Origin: an uncultured Pseudomonadota bacterium
GTDB taxonomy: Bacteria; Pseudomonadota; Alphaproteobacteria; RF32; CAG-239
Reading direction: 5' to 3'
Length of the DNA: 64,000 nucleotides
NCBI GenBank assembly: GCA_949292375.1
Contig: CASEZG010000003.1
Location: forward strand, 5,510-69,509
Each line of letters opens with the position of its first letter. Positions within the stretch are counted from its first letter, which is position 1. The position numbers and the translations under genes are program-made. Below the pieces are notes generated by a model. It was not told where the DNA came from, ran no database searches, and saw only the letters and a list, made by a program, of their open reading frames with translations. Below are positions 63,928-64,000 of this stretch, in pieces.

Positions 63928-64000
63928 GTTAAAAAGTCTTAAGCGGAATATTCTCAATCAAAATCTGGTTGGAGTTAATATTAATCGGTGTCGTAACCGT

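Overview
This window is a low-GC alphaproteobacterial chromosome segment, mostly core genes. The lineage call rests on flaF, flbD, fliX, a DUF1013/TrcR-like gene, zauP-zapA followed by a 6S-like RNA, lpxC-bamD-recN, maf-rng-yacG, and the start of the dcw cluster (mraZ-rsmH-ftsL-ftsI). A host-associated lineage is only an inference, from the low GC and the membrane-anchored ankyrin genes.

Main blocks:
- 0-7 kb: envelope and housekeeping genes (MORN-repeat protein, GlmU acetyltransferase half, thrS, GT4, GST).
- 7.1-24.5 kb: flagellar region. It holds flaF, then a fliK-flgD-flgE operon behind a perfect sigma-54 promoter. A tightly packed Caulobacter-type operon follows (fliF-fliG-fliH-fliN-flbD-flhA-flhF-flhG) and runs on, by overlapping stop/start codons, into two uncharacterised genes: a 547-aa protein with a FliK-C-terminal-like region and a J-domain/TM/SH3 protein.
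- 25-40.7 kb: ymdB, 6S-like RNA, zapA, efp, suhB, rpmE, several envelope proteins, an orphan type IV pilin-like gene co-transcribed with fliX, dksA, maf, rng, yacG.
- 40.7-42.8 kb: a terminator-bracketed, AT-rich accessory cassette. Two membrane-anchored ankyrin paralogs flank a leaderless protein with a peptidoglycan-binding motif. I rank this the best candidate for an undescribed system (possible effector/immunity module).
- 42.9-55.3 kb: dcw genes, an orphan gene, RNase P RNA, lpxC, bamD, recN, an Asd-like protein lacking its catalytic residues, and an MscK-like channel.
- 55.3-58.1 kb: tRNA-Thr followed by integration-scar-like repeats and a small islet of orphan genes. The islet includes a spanin-like pair of overlapping small genes.
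- 58.3-64 kb: ftsB, an M23 peptidase-bactofilin pair, smpB, tadA, a pseudouridine synthase, rsmD, and a chorismate-mutase-like gene.

I saw no CRISPR array, transposase, integrase or rRNA. All calls come from reading the sequence and ORF translations by eye. RNA ends and promoter positions are approximate, and no database search was run.
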